The notes: generated from the sequence alone by a model not told the origin. DNA of 64,000 nucleotides from an uncultured Candidatus Saccharibacteria bacterium (GCA_964436015.1 CAYTAR010000004.1:23454-87453); one strand, 5' to 3'; positions 48,055 to 58,482 are shown, counted from the first letter of the stretch. Translations and numbers: made by a program.

Positions 48055-49794
48055 GTGGAACAACCATCACTTACATCTGCACCGCAGAAAAAGCGGAGTG
48101 CACTGTATTCTTTATACTATCAGCTCGGCACCTTTGACCGCCTTCTTTTTATTTGCGTAAGCATACTACTCACCATAAGCGCTCTCACACTACTCTATCG
48201 TGCAAATCAAAACCTCTTGAGTGAGACGCCTGCTCGAGGAGGAGTCATTACCGAAGGTATAATCGGGTCTCCTCGATTTATTAATCCTCTTCTTGCAATC
48301 ACTGATGCAGACAGAGACTTAACCGCACTCATTTACTCAGGACTGCTCAAAGCAACGAACGACGGAACACTTATGCCTGACCTCGCGGAGTCATACGCCA
48401 TTTCAGCTGATGGACTTGTGTATACATTTACGCTACGAGAAGACGCAACCTTTCATGATGGAACACCAGTAACCGCTACTGACGTCGTATTTACCATACA
48501 AAAGGCACAAGATCCAAGTCTTCGAAGTCCAAGACGAGTTAATTGGGAGGGTGTCGTGGTGCAGAAAATTGATGAGCGCACAGTCACCTTTACTCTTCGT
48601 CAGCAGTACACCCCATTCTTGCAAAACGTAACACTGGGTATACTTCCATCACATATTTGGAACAGTGCAGATATTGAACTGTTCCAATTTAGCCAATACA
48701 ATAACAGACCTATTGGATCAGGACCCTACCAAGTTGTGCGTATTCAAAATGACGAGTCGGGTATCCCAAACATGTATGAATTGCGTGCGTTCAAAAATTA
48801 CACCGGAGGCGAACCATACATCACAAAGATGATTGTTCGTTTTTATCCGCACGAAAATGCACTTTTAAATGCATACTCTCGAAGAGAAATAGAAAGAGTA
48901 AATGGTATACAGCCTGCCCAAGCGCGACTACTAGCTCAAGCGGGAGGTGTAGTTCTTCACACTCCTCTTCCACGAGTATTTGGAGTATTCTTCAATCCAG
49001 TAGAAGCAGTAGTGTTTACAGATGCTACCGTGCGTGAAGCTCTTGAGCTTGCGATTGACCGAAACCGTATTATCGCTGAAGTACTTCAAGGGTACGGAAC
49101 CCCTCTCACGGGCCCCCTCCCTCCTACCATTGATATTATTCTTGCATCAACGACTCAAACTACATCAACAAGCACCCACCAAGAAAATATTCAAAAGGCA
49201 CAGGAGATACTCGATCGAGCTGGTTGGGAAGTAAACGAAGAAGGGATACTTGCCCGGAAAACAGATATACTCTCTTTCACACTCTCAACCTCAAATATCC
49301 CAGAACTACGCTCAGTTGCAGAACTAATAAAAGAGATGCTGGCGGAACTTCGTGTTGAGGTAGTTATTCAAATCTTTGAACCAAATGACCTCACACAGAA
49401 TATTATTCGTCCAAGAAAATACGATGCATTACTCTTCGGTGAAGTTATCGGAAGAGACCGAGACCTCTATGCATTCTGGCATTCATCACAACGCAACGAT
49501 CCTGGTTACAATATCGCACAATACACAAATATCACCGTTGATAAAATACTTGAAAACATTCGTATCTCACAGGACACAGAAAAAGAAAAAGAATTATTTA
49601 CCACACTTACAAACACAATAACGAAAGACAGGCCTGCCATATTCCTCTACGCACCAGACTTTATATATGTAGTGGACACCAAAACAAAAGGCATGTCACT
49701 CTCAGATATCACTATACCAACGGAACGATTTATCAACATTAATGAATGGTACATACATACGGAACGTATTTGGCCATTTTTCACAAACAAGTAA
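48055..49794 (+). CDS. ABC transporter substrate-binding protein, family 5 (oligopeptide/nickel type), membrane-anchored, orphan
   Basis: SBP_bac_5-like (TFTLREDATFHDGTPVTATDVVFT). No permease or ATPase genes adjacent. Confidence 0.7.
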   Translation: MEQPSLTSAPQKKRSALYSLYYQLGTFDRLLFICVSILLTISALTLLYRANQNLLSETPARGGVITEGIIGSPRFINPLLAITDADRDLTALIYSGLLKATNDGTLMPDLAESYAISADGLVYTFTLREDATFHDGTPVTATDVVFTIQKAQDPSLRSPRRVNWEGVVVQKIDERTVTFTLRQQYTPFLQNVTLGILPSHIWNSADIELFQFSQYNNRPIGSGPYQVVRIQNDESGIPNMYELRAFKNYTGGEPYITKMIVRFYPHENALLNAYSRREIERVNGIQPAQARLLAQAGGVVLHTPLPRVFGVFFNPVEAVVFTDATVREALELAIDRNRIIAEVLQGYGTPLTGPLPPTIDIILASTTQTTSTSTHQENIQKAQEILDRAGWEVNEEGILARKTDILSFTLSTSNIPELRSVAELIKEMLAELRVEVVIQIFEPNDLTQNIIRPRKYDALLFGEVIGRDRDLYAFWHSSQRNDPGYNIAQYTNITVDKILENIRISQDTEKEKELFTTLTNTITKDRPAIFLYAPDFIYVVDTKTKGMSLSDITIPTERFININEWYIHTERIWPFFTNK

Positions 49795-49847
49795 TCACAC
49801 ATATCTACAACATTATTATCATTCACTATTAATCACATATAAATTAC

Positions 49848-51809
49848 ATGTCAGAACATATACACAATAAACCACCACAGCAAAATCGCAGACGTCCTGT
49901 TCACGTCTCACTCCCCTCAAAACATACGGGAGGTGCAGTGGTGAAAGAAACACCGCGTACACCAGAGCAACGTCCCGCACCAACTCACGCACACACCGCT
50001 CGACCAAAACATAAACCACACCGAAGAGGATCTCACGGTGGACGAACACGTGCACATGGTCGCCGACCACAGCAGAATAATGGAAAACAAATACACCGAT
50101 CTAATACCGAGTTGCCGGTCCTTCCGCCCCTTGGAGACAACATAAGAATCATGCCCTTAGGTGGAGTGGAAGAAGTCGGACGTAACATGACAGCAATTGA
50201 AGTCGGAAACGATATTATTGTCATCGACGCAGGTTTTCAGTTCAGAGAAGAAGAAACCCCTGGAATTGATTACATCCTCCCAAACACCGCTTATCTTGAA
50301 GCGAATAAAGACCGTGTACGAGGACTCGTTATAACCCACGGACACTTGGACCATATTGGAGGAATTCCCTACATTATGGAGAGAATAGGCAACCCGCCAA
50401 TATACACACGGAAACTCACTGGTATTATGGTGCAAAAACGTCAATCTGAATTTCCTCACCTCCCACCACTTGATATTACTATCGTAGAAAAAAATTCACG
50501 TATCACTCTTGGAAATCTTAAATTGAAATTCTTTGCGGTGTCACATACTATCCCTGATTCCATGGGTATTTTAATTGATACTCCATACGGTGCCATTGTA
50601 ACTCCAGGAGACTACAAACTTTCACACATGGATGGAGTACCAGACCAACACGAAGTTGATGAGTATAAGTTTTTTGAAAAAGAGAAAGTACTTCTCCTTC
50701 TTGCGGATTCAACAAATGTTGAGAACCCTGGATTTTCAACACCTGAAAAAGTAGTACACCAAAACCTAGACGAAATCATAAAAAATACGAAGGGTCGCCT
50801 AATTATCGGAACATTCGCTTCTCAACTTGAGCGTCTTATTAAGCTCATAGAGAGCGCAGAGCGCTACAATAAAAAGATTGTTCTTGAAGGACGAAGTATG
50901 AAAATCAATATAGAAATAGCCGAACTTGCTGGGCTATTTACCCCCAAGAAAGGAACAATCATTCCTGCACAAGAAGCGGAACAGCACCCTCCAGATCGTA
51001 TTATTGTGCTTGCCACCGGAGCACAAGGAGAAGAATTTGCTGCGCTTATGCGTATCGCAACTCGTACACATAAATTTATTCGCCTCTCAAAGAGAGACAC
51101 TGTGCTCTTGTCTTCATCTATCATTCCTGGAAATGAGAAAACTGTACAGAAACTGAAAGATAATATTGCCCGACAAGAAGCGCGTATTATTCACTACCGA
51201 ACAAGCGATGTGTACATCCATGCATCGGGACACGGAAACCGTGAAGAAGTTGCGTGGCTTCATAAACAAATTAAACCAAAATTCTTTATCCCTATACACG
51301 GCAACCACTACATGCTCCGTCAGCATGTTGAGCTTGCACGCCAACTTGGAATGCCTGAGGACCATATGGTAGTACCCGACAATGGAAGCGTGATTGAAAT
51401 TCGCGAACAAGGAGAAAAAATTATTGCGCTAAAAGAAAAGGTGGCTAATGGCCTTGTAATGGTTGACGGATTCTCAATCGGAGGAATTCAGGATGTCGTT
51501 ATTCGTGATCGACAAATGCTTTCAAAAGATGGAATGTTTGTCATTGTAGCAACACTAAATACAAAGACTGGAAAACTACGAAAATCACCTGATCTAATTT
51601 CTCGTGGGTTCGTCTATCTACGAGAATCACAAGAATTGCTTCACCAGACACGTATTATCATCAAGAAAGCCATTGAAGACAATGCGGTAAATATGAATCC
51701 GATAAACTTTGACTACCTCAAAGAGCAAGTAACTGACCAAGTTGCGAAGTATTTGTTCCAAAAGACCAATAAACATCCAATTGTGATACCGGTCATTCTC
51801 GGCCTCTAG
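49848..51809 (+). CDS. rnj: ribonuclease J with ~95-aa basic, proline-rich N-terminal extension
   Basis: Metallo-beta-lactamase HxHxDH (ITHGHLDHIGG), beta-CASP and C-terminal domain; N-terminal low-complexity extension. Confidence 0.85.
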   Translation: MSEHIHNKPPQQNRRRPVHVSLPSKHTGGAVVKETPRTPEQRPAPTHAHTARPKHKPHRRGSHGGRTRAHGRRPQQNNGKQIHRSNTELPVLPPLGDNIRIMPLGGVEEVGRNMTAIEVGNDIIVIDAGFQFREEETPGIDYILPNTAYLEANKDRVRGLVITHGHLDHIGGIPYIMERIGNPPIYTRKLTGIMVQKRQSEFPHLPPLDITIVEKNSRITLGNLKLKFFAVSHTIPDSMGILIDTPYGAIVTPGDYKLSHMDGVPDQHEVDEYKFFEKEKVLLLLADSTNVENPGFSTPEKVVHQNLDEIIKNTKGRLIIGTFASQLERLIKLIESAERYNKKIVLEGRSMKINIEIAELAGLFTPKKGTIIPAQEAEQHPPDRIIVLATGAQGEEFAALMRIATRTHKFIRLSKRDTVLLSSSIIPGNEKTVQKLKDNIARQEARIIHYRTSDVYIHASGHGNREEVAWLHKQIKPKFFIPIHGNHYMLRQHVELARQLGMPEDHMVVPDNGSVIEIREQGEKIIALKEKVANGLVMVDGFSIGGIQDVVIRDRQMLSKDGMFVIVATLNTKTGKLRKSPDLISRGFVYLRESQELLHQTRIIIKKAIEDNAVNMNPINFDYLKEQVTDQVAKYLFQKTNKHPIVIPVILGL

Positions 51810-51833
51810 TAAAAAATCTGTTACAATGCTTGC

Positions 51834-53015
51834 ATGAAAGCAATGCTTGAGCGTGTTAGGTATAATCGTATACTCGTCTCACTCTATGTGTCCGCATTCC
51901 TCTCAGCGCTCTACTTTTTTTCCTCTGCGTACATCAACTCAACCTTTCTTGAAGAAGTATTTTCGCCACGGACAGTAAGCCTCCTTTTTGCTATTGCATC
52001 AGTAGGAAATATTTTTCTCTTTATATTCATACCTAACATTCTACGCAAAACAGGCAACTACGCCCTTACGCTCGGGAGTATTTTTTGTGTATGTGCCTTA
52101 CTTTTCTCATTTCCATTTGCGATGGGTATACCTCTTTTGTTTGCATTAATATTTATACTCTACAGAATCTTATCCCCGACACTGATGTTTACCTTTGATA
52201 TCTTTCTTGAGGAAGCTTCAGAGCAAGAAGACAATACGGGCGCAATTCGAGGTGCATTTTTCACGTTTCTTAACATTGCAACCATTCTTGCACCAGTTCT
52301 TGCGGGTATTGTTCTTACTCACTTTGGATATACGGGACTCTACATGTACTCTGCCCTATTTCTCATACCGATGTTCATCATCATTGCTATAAATTTTAAA
52401 AAATTCAAAGACCCTGTATACCCTAACATTAAAATACTAGACCTCACGAAAGAATTCTGGAACAACCTTGACCTTCGTCTCATTTATATTTCAAGCTTTA
52501 TACTCCAATTCTTCTATGCGTGGATGGTTATCTACATGCCTATCTACTTAAAAAAGTTTATCGGTTTTTCATGGGAAGAAATCGGTCTTATGTTCGCAAT
52601 TGCACTTGTTCCGTTTCTCTTCCTTGAACTCCCATTAGGCAGGCTGGCGGATAAAAAATATGGAGAAAAAGAAATGCTTACTATTGGATTCATCATTATG
52701 GGAATTACAACGGCGTCCCTCTCATTCGTAGAGAGTAAGTCATTCATACTGTGGGCTTCTCTTCTTTTTGCAACGCGAATTGGAGCGAGTTTTGTTGAAA
52801 TTATGACTGAGAGTTATTTCTTTAAACACATGAAAGGATCAAATGCTGATGCAATCAGTTTTTTCCGTATTAATGCCCCACTCGCATATTTAGTAGGACC
52901 ACTGCTTGGAATACTCGCGCTCACATTCATTGAGTACCAATTTCTCTTTTTCATACTGGGATGTATTGTGCTCTCAGGGATTCATTACAGCCTGATGCTT
53001 ACCGATACGAAATAG
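51834..53015 (+). CDS. MFS transporter
   Basis: 12 predicted TM; MFS-like loop (GRLADKKYGEKEM). Confidence 0.65.
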   Translation: MKAMLERVRYNRILVSLYVSAFLSALYFFSSAYINSTFLEEVFSPRTVSLLFAIASVGNIFLFIFIPNILRKTGNYALTLGSIFCVCALLFSFPFAMGIPLLFALIFILYRILSPTLMFTFDIFLEEASEQEDNTGAIRGAFFTFLNIATILAPVLAGIVLTHFGYTGLYMYSALFLIPMFIIIAINFKKFKDPVYPNIKILDLTKEFWNNLDLRLIYISSFILQFFYAWMVIYMPIYLKKFIGFSWEEIGLMFAIALVPFLFLELPLGRLADKKYGEKEMLTIGFIIMGITTASLSFVESKSFILWASLLFATRIGASFVEIMTESYFFKHMKGSNADAISFFRINAPLAYLVGPLLGILALTFIEYQFLFFILGCIVLSGIHYSLMLTDTK

Positions 53016-53077
53016 TTACAGCCTGTTTAAAAGCTATACTACCTGATTGATAGTTAACGTTAGGTTTTTAACAAGCG

Positions 53078-53965
53078 TCAGACTATATAGTACTTCCCCT
53101 TCTTTTGAACCATCCCCTCGGAAACTAAATCAGCGAGCACTTCTTGAGCAGTATATTTTTCATTGCCACACGACCTCACTTGTGAAAGTAATACTTGTTT
53201 ATGCTCTGTAATGCACCTCAGTACTCTACCTCGCACCTCTCGCCTAGAGCCTTTAAAGGGCATTTGCGATACATGGTGCGCACTTCTTCGAGAGGGATTA
53301 GGATGTATTTTTTTTAAATATGAACCATAATCCATAAGAGCGGAATACCATGCACGGGGATTTCGAGTATCAAGCGTAGCTTTTATTATAGGAAGCAGAT
53401 CAGAATCACGAACATGCTTTTTATTCTGAAAAAAATGATGTATGTATACCGTACGAATATTTGTCTCAATAAAAACCTCAGGTGTATTCAAAGCAAATAC
53501 CCGTATTGCCCCTGCGGTATACGGTCCAATCCCAGGAAGTTCCATAAGGTCACCTAGAGTAGTAGGAAACACTCCTTCATACTGAGTGCAAACCACTTGT
53601 GCACACTCCTTTAAAAATCGAGCTCTGCGATTGTACCCTAATCCTTGCCACAGCCCTAGCACATCTCGAAGAGGTGCATGAGCAAGAGATTCAATCGTAC
53701 TAAAGGTATCCATAAATGCATTAAAGTACGGTACGACACGTTCCGCTTGTGTTTGTTGCAACATCATCTCAGAAACAAAAACACGATACGGGGTCGGAGA
53801 AAGACGCCACGGAAAATCGCGTTTGTGTTTCTTGTAAAATTCCTTTACAGCACGTATAAATAAATCAAACTCATCTTTTGTTCTAGATTTTTTTCTTCCC
53901 ATACTTTTTCTCAAGAGGACCACCATCAACCGCTCGCGCAGAACTGAATTTTCGTCCATACTCAA
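53078..53965 (-). CDS. HhH-GPD DNA glycosylase, MutY-like, apparently without the 4-Cys Fe-S loop
   Basis: KRDFPWR…VSEMMLQQTQAERVVPYF…ELPGIGPYTAGAIRVFA. Only two Cys in the C-terminal half. True start probably an internal Met (~53902-53926) because the track ORF overlaps nth. Confidence 0.6.
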   Translation of the reverse strand: MSMDENSVLRERLMVVLLRKSMGRKKSRTKDEFDLFIRAVKEFYKKHKRDFPWRLSPTPYRVFVSEMMLQQTQAERVVPYFNAFMDTFSTIESLAHAPLRDVLGLWQGLGYNRRARFLKECAQVVCTQYEGVFPTTLGDLMELPGIGPYTAGAIRVFALNTPEVFIETNIRTVYIHHFFQNKKHVRDSDLLPIIKATLDTRNPRAWYSALMDYGSYLKKIHPNPSRRSAHHVSQMPFKGSRREVRGRVLRCITEHKQVLLSQVRSCGNEKYTAQEVLADLVSEGMVQKKGKYYIV

Positions 53966-54524
53966 TTAGTAAATACGTAAGCCTAAACCACTGACTCTGA
54001 GGAAAAAGCTCCATAAGATCACGTTCAATTTTTTGAGAATCACGAGATGTTGTTAATCCAAGCCGGAACGCAATACGCGTTACGTGAGTATCGACTGCAA
54101 TACCTTCAACAACTCCGTATGCATTACCCAGCACTACATTAGCAGTTTTTCTCGCGACCCCGGGAAACTTAAGCATGTCTTCCATGGTCCGAGGAAGAAC
54201 TCCTCCGAACGTATCTTTGAGTAGTTGTGCAGATTCTTGAATTCTTTTTGCTTTCTGACGGTAGTATCCGCACGAATGAATATCTTGTTCCAATTCAGCT
54301 CGTGGAACCTGTATGTACTCGTCCAACGTCCTGTACTTCTTAAATAACGAGTCCGTAACACGATTTACCATGACATCTGTACACTGTGCTGAAAGCATAA
54401 CCGCAACAAGTAATTCCCAGTTATTTCCGTACCGCAGAATCATACCAGAATCAGGAACCAATGTTTCCAAATCCCGATATATACTCTGCGCCCGTTTTCT
54501 TCTATCAGACAGAGATAGCGTCAT
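53883..54524 (-). CDS. nth: endonuclease III-like HhH-GPD glycosylase lacking the C-terminal Fe-S cysteine cluster
   Basis: WELLVAVMLSAQCTDVMVNRVT…LKFPGVARKTANVVL; no C-x6-C-x2-C-x5-C at the C-terminus. Confidence 0.75.
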   Translation of the reverse strand: MTLSLSDRRKRAQSIYRDLETLVPDSGMILRYGNNWELLVAVMLSAQCTDVMVNRVTDSLFKKYRTLDEYIQVPRAELEQDIHSCGYYRQKAKRIQESAQLLKDTFGGVLPRTMEDMLKFPGVARKTANVVLGNAYGVVEGIAVDTHVTRIAFRLGLTTSRDSQKIERDLMELFPQSQWFRLTYLLIEYGRKFSSARAVDGGPLEKKYGKKKI

Positions 54525-55185
54525 TCAAGAATGATTTCATAGTATCAATAAGATGAGGAGACTCACCACTTCCACACATATCCGTACCATGTCCTGCACT
54601 TTCATACACTACCAGTTCTATCACTGCGGACTCATTCGCTTCTTCCGCCAACACTTCAGCCATATGTGCACAGTTTCCATACGAACGTTCATCATCTCGA
54701 GATGCTACGAGAAGTAACCTCTGAGAACCCAACTCGAGCATTCGTGGACGAGTTTCAATCCCCCGATAGTTGAAACCAGGAGAAAGGGCAAACCCCGCAG
54801 GAATATCTCTATTTCTTGCAAGTACTTCTATGGTTAAATTTGCTCCTATAGAAGCGCCGCCAACTGCTATATGGTGTGTCTCAATTCCCCGTGATTCAAG
54901 AAACTCAATACCCGCATCAACATCATACACACTTCCTTGATGATCTTTTGGTTCAAATGTTCTGTATCCGTCTGGACCTCCATCGGAATCTCCGTGCCCT
55001 CGCAAATCAATCGCCAACACATCCCACCCCTCCTCTTGCATAACAGAAGCAAACTCCTTCCATGATTCTTTTGTTGCGGGCATCATATGCAGTAAAAGCA
55101 ATCCTCGTTTACAAAATGAGGGGTAGTAATCTCCACTGAGACTCACTCCATCACGTGTGGTAATTTGTACTCTTCCTTTTTCCAT
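54505..55185 (-). CDS. alpha/beta-hydrolase (dienelactone hydrolase/esterase-like)
   Basis: DLRGHGDSDG and nucleophile elbow GGASIG. Confidence 0.6.
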   Translation of the reverse strand: MEKGRVQITTRDGVSLSGDYYPSFCKRGLLLLHMMPATKESWKEFASVMQEEGWDVLAIDLRGHGDSDGGPDGYRTFEPKDHQGSVYDVDAGIEFLESRGIETHHIAVGGASIGANLTIEVLARNRDIPAGFALSPGFNYRGIETRPRMLELGSQRLLLVASRDDERSYGNCAHMAEVLAEEANESAVIELVVYESAGHGTDMCGSGESPHLIDTMKSFLNDAISV

Positions 55186-55427
55186 TACAAAATTCCTTTA
55201 TTCTTAAAATACACTTCGAGCTCATCCGCGCTGTAATCAGGCAATACCTCCCCATCAATCACCAAAGTAGGTGCCTTTCGCTGACCTGAAATAGAAACCA
55301 TTTCTTCCATAAACTGAGGGTTTTCTGTAACATTTTTTTCAGTATAAACCATATTGTGACTAGTTAGAAAATCGAGCGCTCCCTTACACCACGGACACCC
55401 TGTTTTCACGTATATTGTAATTGTCAT
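55185..55427 (-). CDS. glutaredoxin-like protein
   Basis: CPWC motif; start likely MTITIYVKTGCPWC. Confidence 0.7.
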   Translation of the reverse strand: MTITIYVKTGCPWCKGALDFLTSHNMVYTEKNVTENPQFMEEMVSISGQRKAPTLVIDGEVLPDYSADELEVYFKNKGIL

Positions 55428-55692
55428 ATGTATGATACTACCTAGTAATACGCTCAGTATATCAGATATCTTTTTGAAATGCTGAAATACACTTTCACCG
55501 TAGCTACACACTTAATGTATTGACACCCGAGCTACTTTTCCTATTATGCCAAAAGAACAAAACCGCACACCTTCATGTAAATGAAGGCAAATTGTCCCAC
55601 ACGGACATGCCTGTCTAAGGCAAACCACAAACAGCACCCGATTCGCACCACTTAGGTACGTAACGATGGTCGCTGTTTTTTTATACAAAACA

Positions 55693-55716
55693 AAAAAGCG
55701 CTTTCGCGCTTTTTTG
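55693..55716. terminator. rho-independent terminator
   Basis: aaaaaagcgc-tttc-gcgctttttt. Confidence 0.5.
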
Positions 55717-55727
55717 TACATTGTGCT

Positions 55728-55922
55728 TTATTGAGCGTTTCCGTCTTGAGAAGCTTCTTTTTCAGTACCATGTGTACTGTCAGTACAATCACATGCCTGT
55801 AGGTCATGGTTATGTTCAGAACACGAATCAGCTGAACAAGTTCCCGGTGTTTGTGATACTCCATTACACTCTCCTTTGCAAACATAGTGTGTCATAGTAT
55901 GTGGTGTTAAATGATAACACAT
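55728..55922 (-). CDS. small Cys/His-rich protein (64 aa), possible metal-binding
   Basis: 8 Cys and 7 His in 64 aa (YVCKGECNGV…TCSADSCSEHNHDLQACDCTDSTHG); terminator immediately downstream. Confidence 0.3.
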   Translation of the reverse strand: MCYHLTPHTMTHYVCKGECNGVSQTPGTCSADSCSEHNHDLQACDCTDSTHGTEKEASQDGNAQ

Positions 55923-55939
55923 ATAGTATAGCGTGATAT

Positions 55940-56635
55940 TTACTCATTGACTATCACGGTGCCTGTGTATGCACTCCCTTCAAAAAAATTTTTAATATTG
56001 GAGATATCCCTTCCGTCCATAATATATACGGTAATGCCCTCTTTCTCCGCCAACATAGAAGCAACAGGATCAAAAGGGCTACTCAAACCAGGTTTCCACT
56101 CCTGTGGAATGAGTTTTCTATATTCCCTCCATGTAATGCGAGAAAATGGTGTAGCATTTTTATCAATACGTGGATCTCTGGTATACACCTGTGAAGTATT
56201 TGAAAGGTTTATCACCCTCGCGTCTCCACACGCAACCGCATGCTTTACCGCACAAAAATCAGTACTATTTCCCGGATGCATACCTGAAGCGACGACCACT
56301 GGCTCTTTCCACTCATGTTCTGAATGTACCGCGCTGACAACCTGTGGAAATGCAATATCTCCAAAAGCAATTCTAACCAGTTCTGCATTTAATCGTGTAG
56401 TTGCAACTCCAACTGTATCTAACGCTCCATGATCTGTGATGTGTAAATCAACAAGCGCTGTCTGATACATACGAGCGATCCCACCACCTCCGACAACAAT
56501 AATAAAACGCTCTCCCAGGGCAACTCGTGCCTGTATGAGGGTGATAAAGTTACGAAGTACTTGCGCATCGGGGGTGTGCGGGACAATAACAGAGCCCCCC
56601 AGTGATATTACCGTAATACCCTCATGAATATTCAT
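55940..56635 (-). CDS. pyrH: amino-acid-kinase-family protein, UMP kinase (PyrH)-like
   Basis: VISLGGSVI…IIVVGGGGIARMY; 231 aa. Confidence 0.5.
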   Translation of the reverse strand: MNIHEGITVISLGGSVIVPHTPDAQVLRNFITLIQARVALGERFIIVVGGGGIARMYQTALVDLHITDHGALDTVGVATTRLNAELVRIAFGDIAFPQVVSAVHSEHEWKEPVVVASGMHPGNSTDFCAVKHAVACGDARVINLSNTSQVYTRDPRIDKNATPFSRITWREYRKLIPQEWKPGLSSPFDPVASMLAEKEGITVYIMDGRDISNIKNFFEGSAYTGTVIVNE

Positions 56636-56660
56636 AATTCAGAATAGTATACCACATCAC

Positions 56661-57257
56661 TCACTCAAGAAAATCCGTGGAAGTACTCATCTCACGTGGT
56701 GTATTCTGTTCATTGAGAGCCTCTGCCTTCACCTGACCAAACGTAAGCGGTATAGAAAACTCACTAAACAGCGCCCCTGGGGAAGAAATAATTAGCAAAC
56801 CAGGTGTAGTTGAAGGGCTTACGTATGAAATATCACCCCTAAAAAAAACTTCGCCCTCAGAATATACATCACCTAACAACTCAACACTTCCACTTCCTAA
56901 CAGAATCCCATTATCACTCATCAGTGTTACATTAAAAAAACTCTCGGTAACCTGACCGCCTCGCATCGCACCAAGAACTGTTACAGGCGAAGATACTCGT
57001 GAATACGCTACGGGCTCAGATACAAACATAAACTCATTCTGCGTCACTGTGGTTTGTGGTAACTCCTTAAATTCCCTCCCTTTGCTTGTAGTACACGTAC
57101 GGGGAATAGACGTAGTGTATGGATAGCCTGACGCCACGCATTCGGCATATGAGGTTACCTTATGCTCACTAAAATCAGGTCGCACATCAAAAAGAAATGC
57201 GCTGATCACCACACCGCCTATACTTATCAGCAGAATGAGTGTCGTGCGAAGCATCAT
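56661..57257 (-). CDS. hypothetical membrane-anchored/secreted protein
   Basis: N-terminal TM, no family. Confidence 0.3.
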   Translation of the reverse strand: MMLRTTLILLISIGGVVISAFLFDVRPDFSEHKVTSYAECVASGYPYTTSIPRTCTTSKGREFKELPQTTVTQNEFMFVSEPVAYSRVSSPVTVLGAMRGGQVTESFFNVTLMSDNGILLGSGSVELLGDVYSEGEVFFRGDISYVSPSTTPGLLIISSPGALFSEFSIPLTFGQVKAEALNEQNTPREMSTSTDFLE

Positions 57258-57275
57258 ACTGATTCGCCACCACCA

Positions 57276-57662
57276 CTACGCATCCGCCTTTGGCACTTTC
57301 TTTTTCTTTGCCTTTGCGCCTGTTCGGCTTGCAACCCGAGTAGCTCCTTTCGCAACTCTCTTCCATGCAGATTTTAAATCAGAACCAAGCGCCTTTAACT
57401 CGCGCTTATCTACATCAGGTAATTTTTCATATTTTGAAACAACGGACGCAACCACCGCATCATACTTCTCCCGACTCACATCTTTCATTCTTTCAACTTG
57501 ATTGAGTACGTCCCCCTTTGCTTTAAGTGCCCACCCACGAACTGCTACTCGTTTCTTTTTTCCTTCTTCAGTTCCATACAAGAAATATGCACCCAGTGCC
57601 CCAGCGGTCGCTACGAGCAACGAAACCCCAAGACCGTGACCTTTTTTCTTTTTCTTTGGCAT
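57276..57662 (-). CDS. small basic membrane protein (YtxH-like?)
   Basis: Lys-rich termini, one TM (GVSLLVATAGALGAYFLY). Confidence 0.3.
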   Translation of the reverse strand: MPKKKKKGHGLGVSLLVATAGALGAYFLYGTEEGKKKRVAVRGWALKAKGDVLNQVERMKDVSREKYDAVVASVVSKYEKLPDVDKRELKALGSDLKSAWKRVAKGATRVASRTGAKAKKKKVPKADA

Positions 57663-57665
57663 ATA

Positions 57666-57953
57666 TTATTTATTCTTACGTTTAGATGTTTTTGAAAACA
57701 TCATTTTAATAAGCGCAGTTATAAAAGTGACTATCCTCCCGAAAGTTATACCATCAGTTTTTATTTTAGCACGTGCAATACGCACCTCATGAATTAATGC
57801 ATCACCCTCCTCCTTTACGACACCAGCAACATGATCAATCCTTCGGACAATACGAATAATATAGAACACCGCAATGAGCAAACCCCCACCGATTAACAAC
57901 GTCAGGACCGATGTAATAAAGAAAAATATATCAGCTTTCATAAATTCACTCAT
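57666..57953 (-). CDS. small membrane protein
   Basis: 2 TM. Confidence 0.25.
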   Translation of the reverse strand: MSEFMKADIFFFITSVLTLLIGGGLLIAVFYIIRIVRRIDHVAGVVKEEGDALIHEVRIARAKIKTDGITFGRIVTFITALIKMMFSKTSKRKNK

Positions 57954-57966
57954 AGCAATTTTAGTA

Positions 57967-58482
57967 TTACAATTTCAAGTCTGGTAGCGTATCAACCACC
58001 ATGAAGGCGACTGAAACAACTTCACCGGTATCACGAGTCACGGCTACATCAACTGCTGGCTCAAAAGTTCTATTTCCATTATCTCGATGGAGCACCGCAT
58101 AGTACTTACCACCAAGTACGAGAGGTTCAGTTAATTGAATGTCTCCTGGATTTGTTCCATCTCTAAAGTAACGAGAACCAATACTTATCCCCAACGAACC
58201 TGAGTCGTCCTTGTATATCACTACAAACCCCCCTTCAGGCAACGTTGCAGAAGAGATAAAAACAACATCTCCAGGAGGTTGATCCGTAACAATAAGTGAG
58301 TAAGCTGACGTATCTGCAGGCGTTTTGGTATCATTGGGCGCTACGTACAATGTATCATCAGTTTTCCCAACGTTAAGAATCGCATATACCAAACCTCCAA
58401 TTACTACTGCGAGTACAATACCAGTAATTACAATGTTTTTTGAGCTTTCCATGCAATCATTATACCACGTTTTGTGACTCAC
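57967..58482 (-). CDS. membrane-anchored hypothetical protein with beta-rich ectodomain
   Basis: N-terminal TM. Confidence 0.3.
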   Translation of the reverse strand: MSHKTWYNDCMESSKNIVITGIVLAVVIGGLVYAILNVGKTDDTLYVAPNDTKTPADTSAYSLIVTDQPPGDVVFISSATLPEGGFVVIYKDDSGSLGISIGSRYFRDGTNPGDIQLTEPLVLGGKYYAVLHRDNGNRTFEPAVDVAVTRDTGEVVSVAFMVVDTLPDLKL

